Notes under the pieces: generated by a model
Databases searched by the model: none
The model's input: only the letters and a program-made list of their open reading frames with translations
What the model was told of the DNA's origin: nothing
Assembly (NCBI GenBank): GCA_015484555.1
Contig: WFMZ01000071.1
Location: 1,078-65,077 of the forward strand
Direction of reading: 5' to 3'
DNA length: 64,000 nt
Source of the DNA: Hydrogenovibrio sp.
GTDB taxonomy: Bacteria; Pseudomonadota; Gammaproteobacteria; Thiomicrospirales; Thiomicrospiraceae
In this document: positions 8,895 to 18,592 of the stretch, piece after piece
How positions within the stretch are numbered: the first letter of the stretch is position 1
Layout of the letters: each line of letters opens with the position of its first letter
Position numbers and translations under genes: made by a program

Positions 8895-10539
8895 GCGCAT
8901 GAAACTGACCTCCACTTTATTTTTACTCTTTTTAGTTAGCATCATAACGACAGGTTGCATCAATAGCACAAAACCTTCAGCAGTTACTAACACCCCCTCT
9001 AACCCTAACGTCTTAGCCAACATTTCCAATCCCCCTAAGCTTCCTGTTAACCAGCTTAATACCCCTCATATTGCAGACAATAATTTCGATCTTCAAAAAG
9101 AAATAACCAAGGCTACGCTAAGTCAACATGCCTGGCTCACACCTAAAGTTAACGCCACTCAAGATGAACTTATTTGGAATACACCCGTTCAGCCTAAAAA
9201 AGACCTTTGGCGAGAGATGAGTAGTCATTTTTATTTAGCGCCGGCCTATACGGATAACTATAAAAGTTATATTCAGTTCTATGCAAAAAAACCAAGGTAT
9301 CTACAAAGAGTTTCAAAGCGTGCCAAGCCCTACCTATACTTTGTATTAGAAGAAATTAAAAAACGTCAGATGCCATATGAACTAGCATTGTTACCTATCG
9401 TTGAAAGTGGTTACTCTCCTTTTGCAAAGTCTTATGTGAGTGCCACGGGTTTATGGCAATTCATGCCTTCCACAGGACAGATGTTTGGATTACATAAAAA
9501 TTGGTGGTATGACGGCAGGCAAGATATTTATACCAGTACTCAAGCAGCTTTAGACTACTTACAAGAACTTTATCGCCAAAATAACCATGATTGGTTACTT
9601 GCTTTAGCCTCCTATAATAGTGGTTATGGCAATGTATTAAAAGCCAAGAGAAAATACTTGAAAAAACACCCAGGAGAATCCATTAGTTTTTGGAAAATAC
9701 GTAATTACCTACCTGATGAGACCAAACACTATGTACCTCAACTATTGGCTATTTCGTATATTATTGACCATCAAGATGCTTATTCACTTTCTTTAGAGCC
9801 TATTAAAAATTCACCCTATTTTAAAAAAATAGCACTCTCTCAACAAATGGGACTAATCAACATTGCAAAAAAAACTAATACGAGTATGAAAAATATTCTC
9901 GCATTAAACCCTGGTTTTTTACGTTCGGCTACGCCCCCTAAAGGTAATCACCAGTTGTTGTTACCGACTAAATCAGCACAAAAATTCAAAGCATTATTAA
10001 TTAAAAATCCGACATATTTTAATGTGCACTGGGCTAGGCATACCATTAAACCAGGTGAAAGTTTAAGTGTTATTGCCGAGCACTACGGGACATCCATCAA
10101 ACAAATAAAAAACCTAAATGGGCTTAAAAACTCTCAAATTCGAACCGGTAAAGTAATCTTAATTCCTGTCACTGAAAACTATGCTCGGAAACTAGCAATC
10201 CAACCCGTTAAAAAATATAACGGCAAAAAACACTACCACCGAGTCAAAAGAGGAGAAAGCTTATGGACCATTGCACGCTACTATAATATCTCTACCCGTA
10301 AGCTATGTGAATGGAATAAAATTAGTATTAAAGCACCTTTACGCAAATACCAACGCTTAGAAATTCGCTCTTCTAAATATGGTAAAAAAATTGCCTACAC
10401 CTTAAAAAAAGGAGACAGCCTGTGGAAAGTTGCTAAAAAATACTCTGTTACTATCGCTGATTTAAGCCATTGGAATCGTATTAAACAAAAACAATTACTC
10501 CAGCCAGGTACCAAAATTAATATTTGGGTAAAGGGTTAA
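8887..10539 (+). CDS. mltD: membrane-bound lytic murein transglycosylase D with LysM repeats
   Basis: Lipoprotein-type signal (..ITTGC). SLT catalytic block ESGYSPFAKSYVSATGLWQFMPSTG. Three C-terminal LysM-like repeats (HTIKPGESLSVIAEHYG, HRVKRGESLWTIARYYN, YTLKKGDSLWKVAKKYS). Confidence 0.85.
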   Translation: MIKRMKLTSTLFLLFLVSIITTGCINSTKPSAVTNTPSNPNVLANISNPPKLPVNQLNTPHIADNNFDLQKEITKATLSQHAWLTPKVNATQDELIWNTPVQPKKDLWREMSSHFYLAPAYTDNYKSYIQFYAKKPRYLQRVSKRAKPYLYFVLEEIKKRQMPYELALLPIVESGYSPFAKSYVSATGLWQFMPSTGQMFGLHKNWWYDGRQDIYTSTQAALDYLQELYRQNNHDWLLALASYNSGYGNVLKAKRKYLKKHPGESISFWKIRNYLPDETKHYVPQLLAISYIIDHQDAYSLSLEPIKNSPYFKKIALSQQMGLINIAKKTNTSMKNILALNPGFLRSATPPKGNHQLLLPTKSAQKFKALLIKNPTYFNVHWARHTIKPGESLSVIAEHYGTSIKQIKNLNGLKNSQIRTGKVILIPVTENYARKLAIQPVKKYNGKKHYHRVKRGESLWTIARYYNISTRKLCEWNKISIKAPLRKYQRLEIRSSKYGKKIAYTLKKGDSLWKVAKKYSVTIADLSHWNRIKQKQLLQPGTKINIWVKG

Positions 10540-10549
10540 CTCTCTTAAA

Positions 10550-12514
10550 ATGCTAAATCACCTTACTCTGATAATGATTATTTCTACTATTTTTGTTTGG
10601 CCTTTATCGACTTCTGCCTCTAGCCTTAACAACCTGACTCCAAATCAAAAAGATTTTTTACATGCTTATGAAGCTATTAAAGCGAATGATCGCCCCCTAA
10701 TCGCCATGTATAAAATCAAGTTAAAAAACTATGTATTACGGCCCTATCTGAATTACTTAGACATTAAATCCCATTTTGATTCTACTCCAAAGTCTCAAGT
10801 AAATTGGTTTTTTACCACTTATCCTAAGAATCGGCTTACCCCTTATTTAAAAAAGAAATACCTAATCTATTTAGCAGAAACAAAGCAATATAAAACCTTC
10901 TTAACCTATTACCAAAAATCTAAACATAACTCTACACAGCTTACTTGTGCGGCTATTTATGCCACCTTATCAACCACTCATAATAAAACCACCTTGGCGC
11001 AATATACACAACAAGCAAAATCACTTTGGTCAAAGCAATCTCGTATTAAAGGATTTTGCCAAAACATAGATACCTACTTAAAAAGCAAACACCTACTCAG
11101 TGGCTCTATGATTTGGGCGAGAGTGATTAAAAACATGCATAAAGGGAAATTAAAATTAGCTAAGGCGATTGCTAAAAACCTTTCCAAACCTGAACAAAAA
11201 ATGCTGTCCTTCTGGATAAAAACTTACCGCCAACCCCTGCTTGCTATCAATCATAAAATGCCCTCCTATATTAACCCTGTTATCCGCAAAGAAATTTTTC
11301 AGCAATCGGTTAAACGCTTAAGCTACTCAGACCCCCAAAAAGCGCTTAAAGTTCTTGAAAATCAATACCAACAATATGGTTTAAGCCAAACTAAAAAAGC
11401 TCACTTAACCCAAAAAATTTCATTACGATTTGCCTATCAATATCACCCAGATGCTCAGAGATATTTAGCTGAACTTGATGCCTCCAGTCAAAATGAACAA
11501 GTTATCAACTGGCGTTTACAAGTTGCTTTAAGGCAACTAGATTGGCTTCAGTTCTTAGACTTATATCAACGACTACCCAGTTCGGAACAACAGTCTAAAC
11601 GTTGGTTGTATTGGAAAGCTCGCTCTATTGAAGCACTGGGGCAAAAGAAGTCTGCCCAAAAAATTTATAAGACTCTTGCTAAAGAACGTAATTTTTATGG
11701 GTTTTTATCTGCAGACAAACTTGCCCTTCCCTATCAGTTTAACCCAAAATCTAGTGCTCAATATTCCTCTCAAAAACTGGTTAAAAAGTATCCGCCATTA
11801 ATGGTGATGAAAGAGTTAATTGCCATTGATTGGAAAATCAATTTAAAAAGAGAATGGTATCAACTTCTCAAACAAGCCAACCCCAATGATATAGAAGCTA
11901 TTGCGCTATTTATGGCGAGCAAACATCAGCATAATTTAGCGATACAAACTATTGCTAAAGCAAAAATATGGGATGACTTAGACCTACGGTTTCCAACCCC
12001 TTATCAAAGTACGGTCAAAGCCGCGGCAAAAAATAATACTATTGATCCTGCCTGGGTTTATGGGGTCATTCGCAGAGAAAGCGCTTTCTCTAGCAATATA
12101 AGTTCTCATGCCGGGGCGGTCGGCTTAATGCAGTTAATGCCAGCAACAGCTAAATTTATTGGTCGTAAAATAGGCTATCAAAAACAACAATATGCCAACT
12201 TAATACAACCTGACTCTAACATAAACTTAGGCAGTGCCTACTTAAGCTACTTAGCCAAACGCTATCATGGCAACCGTGTTTTAGCCACTGCCGCCTATAA
12301 CGCGGGGCCTAATAAGGTTGATAGCTGGATTCCGAAAGGAACTTCTCTTCCTGCCGACTTATGGATTGATACCATCCCCTATTCTGAAACTAGGGCTTAT
12401 GTTAAAGCTGTTTTAGAATATACCACTATCTTCAAATCGGTACTAAATAATAGATATGACCGCCTAGAAAACTTTATGGGCGTCATAGGTCAGCTTAAAA
12501 CACGACCAAAGTAA
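10550..12514 (+). CDS. slt: soluble lytic murein transglycosylase (Slt70-like)
   Basis: Signal peptide and a long superhelical N-terminal region. C-terminal catalytic block RRESAFSSNISSHAGAVGLMQLMPATA...AAYNAGP. Confidence 0.85.
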   Translation: MLNHLTLIMIISTIFVWPLSTSASSLNNLTPNQKDFLHAYEAIKANDRPLIAMYKIKLKNYVLRPYLNYLDIKSHFDSTPKSQVNWFFTTYPKNRLTPYLKKKYLIYLAETKQYKTFLTYYQKSKHNSTQLTCAAIYATLSTTHNKTTLAQYTQQAKSLWSKQSRIKGFCQNIDTYLKSKHLLSGSMIWARVIKNMHKGKLKLAKAIAKNLSKPEQKMLSFWIKTYRQPLLAINHKMPSYINPVIRKEIFQQSVKRLSYSDPQKALKVLENQYQQYGLSQTKKAHLTQKISLRFAYQYHPDAQRYLAELDASSQNEQVINWRLQVALRQLDWLQFLDLYQRLPSSEQQSKRWLYWKARSIEALGQKKSAQKIYKTLAKERNFYGFLSADKLALPYQFNPKSSAQYSSQKLVKKYPPLMVMKELIAIDWKINLKREWYQLLKQANPNDIEAIALFMASKHQHNLAIQTIAKAKIWDDLDLRFPTPYQSTVKAAAKNNTIDPAWVYGVIRRESAFSSNISSHAGAVGLMQLMPATAKFIGRKIGYQKQQYANLIQPDSNINLGSAYLSYLAKRYHGNRVLATAAYNAGPNKVDSWIPKGTSLPADLWIDTIPYSETRAYVKAVLEYTTIFKSVLNNRYDRLENFMGVIGQLKTRPK

Positions 12515-12577
12515 CCGCTAAATTTATAAGAAGCACAGACTAAAAATATCTTATGTTTGCAGGCAAGAAAATTAACC

Positions 12578-12669
12578 AAAAAAAAGACCCTAGTTATACT
12601 ACTAGGGTCTTTAAAGAATTATTTCGGTATGAAATAATCAGAGGAGGATACTCATGAAGAAACATGAAT
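12578..12669 (-). ncRNA. candidate small RNA (prediction only)
   Basis: The minus strand carries a TTGACA-17 nt-TAAACT promoter (12704-12676). It is followed by about 90 nt ending in two hairpins (12638-12618 and 12610-12585) and a U run (plus-strand A8 at 12578-12585). It contains CCUCCUC (complement of 12641-12647). No expression data. Confidence 0.3.
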
Positions 12670-12675
12670 AGGTAT

Positions 12676-12704
12676 AGTTTATAAGAGAAATCTTATATTG
12701 TCAA
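12676..12704 (-). promoter_or_regulatory. sigma70-type promoter for the candidate sRNA
   Basis: Minus strand reads aagtgTTTGACAatataagatttctcttaTAAACTatacc. The -35 is perfect, the spacer is 17 nt and the -10 has T1, A2 and T6. The direct repeat CAAACACTTATA occurs at 12702-12713 and 12755-12766. Confidence 0.3.
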
Positions 12705-13075
12705 ACACTTATATAATCTATTTCTGTTTATTTTAGAATAAAATACTATAAAACCAAACACTTATAAAATAAAACTACGTATTACTTAACCTTATCATAG
12801 AGCCTATGTTGTTAGGAACCTCTAGCCCAAGGGTGTCTGTCATGTCACATGGACTCGTTAAATCTATAAATCTTAAAAAACAAGTCTGTCAACAACCTAT
12901 CATTTGTGAACCACGAATCAGTTGTTATCGCCGCAGAGCATGACAACTGATATTACAAAAATAAAAGACTCTGTTTCATTCCTAACTAATCCTATAATAA
13001 TTATCTCCTTAACATTCCTTAAGACCTTTATTTATGGTTAAATTAGTATCTGATTTTACAAAATTTGTGTGAGAT

Positions 13076-15268
13076 ATGACTACTCGGGAACTTTACAAAA
13101 CATTATTTCAAAGTACGCTAAAGGATAGAAGCTCGACTGATTTAGCCTGGCGAGCCTGTGAAATAGCTGTTGAGGCAGACAAACTACCTAAAATCTCCCA
13201 AGAAGTCTCTAGTATTGAAGTCGCCTTAATATTACATTCCTTAAGTTTAGATGAAGGCACGCTTGTCGCCACCCTTATTGGCGATAGAAGATTAGAAAGT
13301 ATTTATTCATTACAAACACTGACCCAGATTTTTGGTAAAGATACTTGTGAGTTGATGTCTGGCATTCAAAAACTGAATTCCTTTAAAGAGTTCAGTAGCA
13401 ATTCTATTTCAAATGACACTCAATCGGAAAGATTACGCCAAATGTTATTAGCAATGACTTCTGACATTCGTATTATGATTGTGAAGTTAGCTTCTCGTGT
13501 TGCTCGCCTACGAAATTTAAAAAATGAACCCCCTGAAGTACGTTATTTAATTGCCAATGAAACCCAGTTAATTTTTGCTCCCTTGGCTAACAGACTAGGT
13601 ATAGCACAATTAAAGTGGGAGCTAGAAGACCTTTCTTTTCGCTACACAAAACCTGATATTTACAAAGCAATTGCTCAACAGCTTGATTCTAAACGTAATG
13701 AACGTGAAGCCTATATTGAAAATGTTATAGACACCTTGAAAGAAATGTTTCAAGAGCGATTTTCGTCTAACAGCGAGCTTTTTAAGATTACTGGCCGACC
13801 CAAACATATTTACAGTATTTGGAAAAAAATGTCGCGCAAGAACCTACCTATTAATGAACTGTATGACTTACGTGCCGTCCGAATTCACGTAGATACCATT
13901 GAACAGTGCTATGAAGTGCTCGGCATGATTCACAGTAAGTGGAACTATGTGAAAGATGAGTTTGATGACTATATTGCTAGCCCCAAAGAAAATGGCTATC
14001 AATCCATTCATACCGTTATCCTGGGCGATGAAAATAAGACCGTTGAAATACAAATTCGTACCCAAGAAATGCACTTTTTTGCAGAATATGGGGTCGCTGC
14101 TCACTGGCGTTATAAAGAAGGCGCCAAAAATATGGATGCCAGCTTAGAGCAAAGCATTAACCTTGTTCGACAAATGCTGGAATATAACGACAACCCTGAC
14201 CTGTTAAATGAAATCAGCACCGAACTGCTGTCTGAACATATTTATGTCATGACCCCTTCTGAAGAAGTTATTTCTTTGCGTAAAGGATCAACCCCATTAG
14301 ATTTTGCCTATTACATTCATACCGAACTAGGCCATCGATGCCGTGGTGCCAAGGTAAATGGACGCATTGTCCCCCTAACCTATCGCCTAGAAATTGGGGA
14401 TAAGGTAGAAGTCTTAACAGTTAAAGAAGGTAAGCCTAGTCGTAACTGGCTTAACCCTAACCTTGGCTACTTAGGTTCTAGCCGTGCAAGAACGAAGGTT
14501 CGTTCTTGGTTTAACCTACAGAATAGAGAAGCTAACCAAGAAGCGGGTGAGCAACTTTACAATAAAGAACTTAAACGTTTACATGCAAACAATATTGATA
14601 TAAACCAAATACTTAAACGGTTTAAGCAAAGCAATAAAGAAGACTTTTTTGAAAATGTAGGCCGTGGCCAAATCAATGAACGTCAGCTGGTTAATACCAT
14701 TCAACGTCTATTAAAGCCTAATGAAAACTTGAATGCCGATGCCTTGCAGTATCGTATTGATTTTTCACAACAAACCACTAAAGAAGATGAAGGACAAGAT
14801 GCACAAAAAGCGAAAGCTTATGTGGTTGGCGCCCCTCAGTTAACGACACAGCTTGCACCTTGCTGTAGTCCCAACCCAAAAGATGAAATTATTGGTTTTG
14901 TGACTCGTGGACGGGGTATTACCATTCACCAAAAGTTATGTAGCAATATCTTAAATTTAAGCTATGAAGACCAGCAACGCTTAATTGAAGTCGATTGGAG
15001 TAGTAACCATAATGCTATTATTCAACAATATGAAGCCACGCTAGATATCCTCTGTTTTGATCGAAAAGGCCTATTAAAAGATATTCTAATGCTATTAACT
15101 CAGCAGAATATTAACTTAACTTCTAGTCAAACACAGTCCGACAGAAAAGATGGAACCGTTGCAATGAAATTGGTAGTCGATATTGAGGATAGAACAGATA
15201 TGGGTGCATTATTGGATAAGCTAGAAGCAATTAATAATGTGGAAACAGCTTCTATCAACCTGAACTAA
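13076..15268 (+). CDS. relA: GTP pyrophosphokinase, (p)ppGpp synthetase I
   Basis: 730 aa. RelA/SpoT synthetase block (RPKHIYSIWKKM..DLRAVRI..GYQSIHTV..EIQIRTQEMH), TGS domain (VMTPSEEVISLRKGSTPLDFAY) and C-terminal ACT-like domain. The N-terminal domain lacks an obvious HD dyad. Confidence 0.9.
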   Translation: MTTRELYKTLFQSTLKDRSSTDLAWRACEIAVEADKLPKISQEVSSIEVALILHSLSLDEGTLVATLIGDRRLESIYSLQTLTQIFGKDTCELMSGIQKLNSFKEFSSNSISNDTQSERLRQMLLAMTSDIRIMIVKLASRVARLRNLKNEPPEVRYLIANETQLIFAPLANRLGIAQLKWELEDLSFRYTKPDIYKAIAQQLDSKRNEREAYIENVIDTLKEMFQERFSSNSELFKITGRPKHIYSIWKKMSRKNLPINELYDLRAVRIHVDTIEQCYEVLGMIHSKWNYVKDEFDDYIASPKENGYQSIHTVILGDENKTVEIQIRTQEMHFFAEYGVAAHWRYKEGAKNMDASLEQSINLVRQMLEYNDNPDLLNEISTELLSEHIYVMTPSEEVISLRKGSTPLDFAYYIHTELGHRCRGAKVNGRIVPLTYRLEIGDKVEVLTVKEGKPSRNWLNPNLGYLGSSRARTKVRSWFNLQNREANQEAGEQLYNKELKRLHANNIDINQILKRFKQSNKEDFFENVGRGQINERQLVNTIQRLLKPNENLNADALQYRIDFSQQTTKEDEGQDAQKAKAYVVGAPQLTTQLAPCCSPNPKDEIIGFVTRGRGITIHQKLCSNILNLSYEDQQRLIEVDWSSNHNAIIQQYEATLDILCFDRKGLLKDILMLLTQQNINLTSSQTQSDRKDGTVAMKLVVDIEDRTDMGALLDKLEAINNVETASINLN

Positions 15269-15584
15269 AGCTTTATCGATAGGCATGATACATTCAAGTC
15301 GCAAGAGCCACAGTTTCAATCTTCCAAAACACTTTCTTGATCTATTGTTCAACTTATCAATCACCAAATCAACCTATGGCTGAAATTGATCTTCAACTGG
15401 TTGTTAAACTAACCCAGGTTCATCTGCACTAGGGTTTTAGTCTTTGTTATCTATACTTGCATAATATTAAACAATACAGAGAGAACCATCAACGAACTGC
15501 AATCCTTCCATTGTTAAAAGTAGGAGTATTACATTAATTTCTGAGCCTAATCTACATAAAGTATCCCATTTTCTACTAAAATGA

Positions 15585-15613
15585 TTGACCCTAAATTAAG
15601 TGAGTGATACTAT
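15585..15613 (+). promoter_or_regulatory. putative sigma70 promoter of feoABC
   Basis: TTGACC (15585-15590), 17-nt spacer, TACTAT (15608-15613). Lies about 38 nt upstream of the feoA ATG. Confidence 0.4.
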
Positions 15614-15630
15614 AAATGATAATAATTAAC
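15612..15630 (+). promoter_or_regulatory. putative Fur box
   Basis: ATAAATGATAATAATTAAC matches the 19-mer Fur consensus GATAATGATAATCATTATC at 14 of 19 positions by hand alignment, with the central AATGATAAT exact. It overlaps the -10 and start region of the feoA promoter. Confidence 0.45.
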
Positions 15631-15650
15631 ATTTAGTTTAAGAATACAAT

Positions 15651-15890
15651 ATGACCACTCTACCACAAACCTATCTAGACCAGTGCGAACAAGGACAAAC
15701 TTCTACTATCTTGTCTTTAGCTGGTAACCTAGAAACTAAACTACATTTAGTTAACCTTGGCTTTCACACTCAAAGCCATATTAAAGTCGTGATGTTGCGT
15801 GGCGAAAGTATGATTATTACTGTCGATGGTAGTCGCTTTGCTCTAGACAAAAACATTGCTAAAAATATTAAAGTACAACTACTATCATGA
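15651..15890 (+). CDS. feoA: ferrous iron transport protein A
   Basis: 79 aa SH3-like FeoA (LVNLGFHTQSHIKVV...). Its stop overlaps the feoB start. Confidence 0.85.
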   Translation: MTTLPQTYLDQCEQGQTSTILSLAGNLETKLHLVNLGFHTQSHIKVVMLRGESMIITVDGSRFALDKNIAKNIKVQLLS

Positions 15891-18214
15891 ATCAAAAAAT
15901 TAACACACCCAAAACACCTAATGCCCCCCACGCTATCGCTATTATTGGTAGCCCTAACTGTGGTAAAACGACCCTTTTTAACCGTTTAACCGGTGCACAA
16001 CAAACCACCGGTAACTGGCCAGGTGTCACGGTCTCTAAAACCACTGGTCGTTTAAAAATTGGCTCTATTGCATTCGAGCTTACTGATTTACCTGGCGTAT
16101 ACAGTTTAGAAAAATCTTCACGCTCAGGTTTAGACGAACAAGTTGCTCGTGATTACCTACAAAGTAATTCAGCCGAACTTATTATTAATGTCATTGATGG
16201 AACTAACATTGAGCGACAAATGTTTTTAACTGCTCAACTTCTTCACATGGGCTTGCCTGTTATAGTCGTGCTAAACCGCATGGATATGCTAAAAAATCTA
16301 CACATGAAAATTGATGTGTCAGAACTATCCAAAAAACTAGGGTGCCCTGTTATCCCTGTTTCTGCTTATTATAACCAAGGCATAGATGAACTTCGTGAGC
16401 AAATCTCTCCCAACTTGAATCAATGCTCAGACCTACACTTTGACCTGCCCGAAGCCCTCCATGATTCTGTTCATGCCATTCGTGAAATAACCCATGCCGA
16501 CGAAAGCGAGTCGTGCTGGGATACCGTACAAATGCTGTTAAAACCTCACAAAGCACCTGACATGGTTAAAACTTTTGCTGCTTCTGAAAAAGAAAAGCTA
16601 GAGGCACATTATGAAGAAGAATTAGCCCTTATTGTCGCTGACCTATACTTCCAGTTTTCACATGATGCCACTCATAAGTCTCTGACACACACCGAACGAT
16701 TTACCCGCAATACAACCGATATCTTAGATAAGTGGGCGCTTCATCCTATTTGGGGCATGCCTATTTTCTTAGTGGTTATGTATTTAGTCTTTGCCCTATC
16801 TATTACCATGGGTAATGCATTTCTAGACCTATTTGACCAAGGCGCACAAGCCTTGTTTGTAGATGGTCCAACGGCGTTATTACAATCAGTTTCTGCCCCT
16901 AGCTGGCTTATTACCTTACTAGCCAATGGTATCGGTGGCGGTATGCAGGTGGTCGCCACCTTTATCCCCGTTATTGGTTCACTATTTATCTTCCTCTCCA
17001 TTTTAGAAGAAACCGGCTACATGCAGCGCGCCGCTTTAATTATGGATAAAACCATGCGTCGTATTGGTTTATCTGGCCAAGCGTTCATTCCACTTGTGGT
17101 GGGTTTGGGGTGTAACATCCCCGCTATTGCTGCCAGTAGAACCTTACCGGATTCTCGTGATAGAATCATGACCATCATGATGACCCCTTTCATGTCTTGT
17201 AGTGCACGTTTAACCGTTTATGTACTATTTGCCACCGCTTTCTTTTCAGACTATGCCAGCCTACTGGTTTTCTCTCTTTATCTCATTGGTATCATGGCCG
17301 CCATCTTAACGGCTTTTATTTTAAAGAAAACTTTATTGCCTGGCGAAGCCCCTACCTTGCTCATGGAGCTCCCTATTTATCATAAGCCAGCGGTAATGAA
17401 TATTATGCTGAATGCTAAAAACAAACTGAGTAGCTTTGTAAAAGATGCCGGAAAAGTAATTGTCATCGTTGTGCTAATGATTAACTTTTTTAATAGTCTA
17501 GGAACAGATGGTTCCTTTGGTAACGAAAACCAAAACAACTCTGTTTTAAGTGAAGCCGCTAAGTTTGCAAGCCCTATCTTTGTACCTTTAGGCGTTAAGG
17601 AAGAAAATTGGCCTGCCACCGTAGGCTTAATTACTGGCTTACTCGCTAAAGAAGTGGTGGTGGGTGCTTTAGATGCCCTGTATCAAAACATGGATGCACA
17701 GCAACCTGGAAAGGCCATCAGCACTCCCGAAGAAACAGACTATGATTTTTTAGGCGCTTTACAAGGTGCCATCATGACCGTTCCTAACAACATTACCAGT
17801 ATCTTCACCGACCTAGATGATCCTTTAGGCTTCCAAGCTTTAAGCAATGTGGCAGACAAAGAAGGTGCCGCCATTGAGCTCGACGTGAATGTATCAACGC
17901 TTGATAAAATGGCTTACTACTTCAATGGTGAAGTAGCCGCTTATGCCTACCTATTACTGGTACTACTCTACTTCCCTTGTGTGGCAACCTTTGGTGCCAT
18001 CAAACAAGAACTTGGCTGGCGCTGGGCTTCTTACAGTGGTGCTTGGAGCTTATTCTTAGGCTATAGCGTCTCGGTTGGTTTTTACCAAACAATGACCTTT
18101 AACCAACACCCTTTCAGCTCTGGCTTATGGCTCAGTGGCATCACCTTTGCCTTTGTATTGCTCTATCTGGGGTTAAAACGCATGGGCAAACGTTACATTA
18201 CTAAGGCACCATAA
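15887..18214 (+). CDS. feoB: ferrous iron transporter B
   Basis: N-terminal G-domain GSPNCGKTTLFN, DLPGVYSL, NRMD. Followed by a large polytopic gate/permease region. Confidence 0.95.
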   Translation: MNQKINTPKTPNAPHAIAIIGSPNCGKTTLFNRLTGAQQTTGNWPGVTVSKTTGRLKIGSIAFELTDLPGVYSLEKSSRSGLDEQVARDYLQSNSAELIINVIDGTNIERQMFLTAQLLHMGLPVIVVLNRMDMLKNLHMKIDVSELSKKLGCPVIPVSAYYNQGIDELREQISPNLNQCSDLHFDLPEALHDSVHAIREITHADESESCWDTVQMLLKPHKAPDMVKTFAASEKEKLEAHYEEELALIVADLYFQFSHDATHKSLTHTERFTRNTTDILDKWALHPIWGMPIFLVVMYLVFALSITMGNAFLDLFDQGAQALFVDGPTALLQSVSAPSWLITLLANGIGGGMQVVATFIPVIGSLFIFLSILEETGYMQRAALIMDKTMRRIGLSGQAFIPLVVGLGCNIPAIAASRTLPDSRDRIMTIMMTPFMSCSARLTVYVLFATAFFSDYASLLVFSLYLIGIMAAILTAFILKKTLLPGEAPTLLMELPIYHKPAVMNIMLNAKNKLSSFVKDAGKVIVIVVLMINFFNSLGTDGSFGNENQNNSVLSEAAKFASPIFVPLGVKEENWPATVGLITGLLAKEVVVGALDALYQNMDAQQPGKAISTPEETDYDFLGALQGAIMTVPNNITSIFTDLDDPLGFQALSNVADKEGAAIELDVNVSTLDKMAYYFNGEVAAYAYLLLVLLYFPCVATFGAIKQELGWRWASYSGAWSLFLGYSVSVGFYQTMTFNQHPFSSGLWLSGITFAFVLLYLGLKRMGKRYITKAP

Positions 18215-18227
18215 ACGGGAGCATAAT

Positions 18228-18491
18228 ATGATTTTACTGGATGTAAAAAAGTACATTAAAACTCATGAACAGGTGACGGGTGAACAAATCTGTAACCGTT
18301 TTGATCTATCAGAAAGCTCGTTAGAAGGGATTGTTGCCCCTTTAATAGAACAAGGGCATGTTACCCAAGTAAAAGCGACTGATAGCTGTGGGTCGGGAAA
18401 ATGTAATAGTGGTTGTAGCTTTGCCAGCTCGGACAACTACTACTGGACAACCCAAAAGCTGAAAGCAATCAATATTCCTATTCAAAGCTAG
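18228..18491 (+). CDS. feoC: FeoC-like transcriptional regulator/accessory protein
   Basis: 87 aa, lies directly after feoB. Winged-helix-like N-terminus and a Cys cluster (CGSGKCNSGCSF). Confidence 0.6.
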   Translation: MILLDVKKYIKTHEQVTGEQICNRFDLSESSLEGIVAPLIEQGHVTQVKATDSCGSGKCNSGCSFASSDNYYWTTQKLKAINIPIQS

Positions 18492-18503
18492 CCATATTAA
18501 GTC

Positions 18504-18553
18504 GCACCCACCCCTGGCGATTTTTAACCTTTAGGGTGCTTTTTAACCTTTAG
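18504..18553 (+). repeat. REP-like repeat, subfamily B, with tandem tail duplication
   Basis: GCACCCACCCCTGGCGATTTTTAACCTTTAGGGTGC followed by a second TTTTTAACCTTTAG. GCACCC (18504-18509) is complementary to GGGTGC (18534-18539). Sits between the convergent feoC and hrpA ends. Confidence 0.75.
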
Positions 18554-18592
18554 TTCGACTTTGTAATCTCTCTGCCTAGTCTAGGTTGATTA

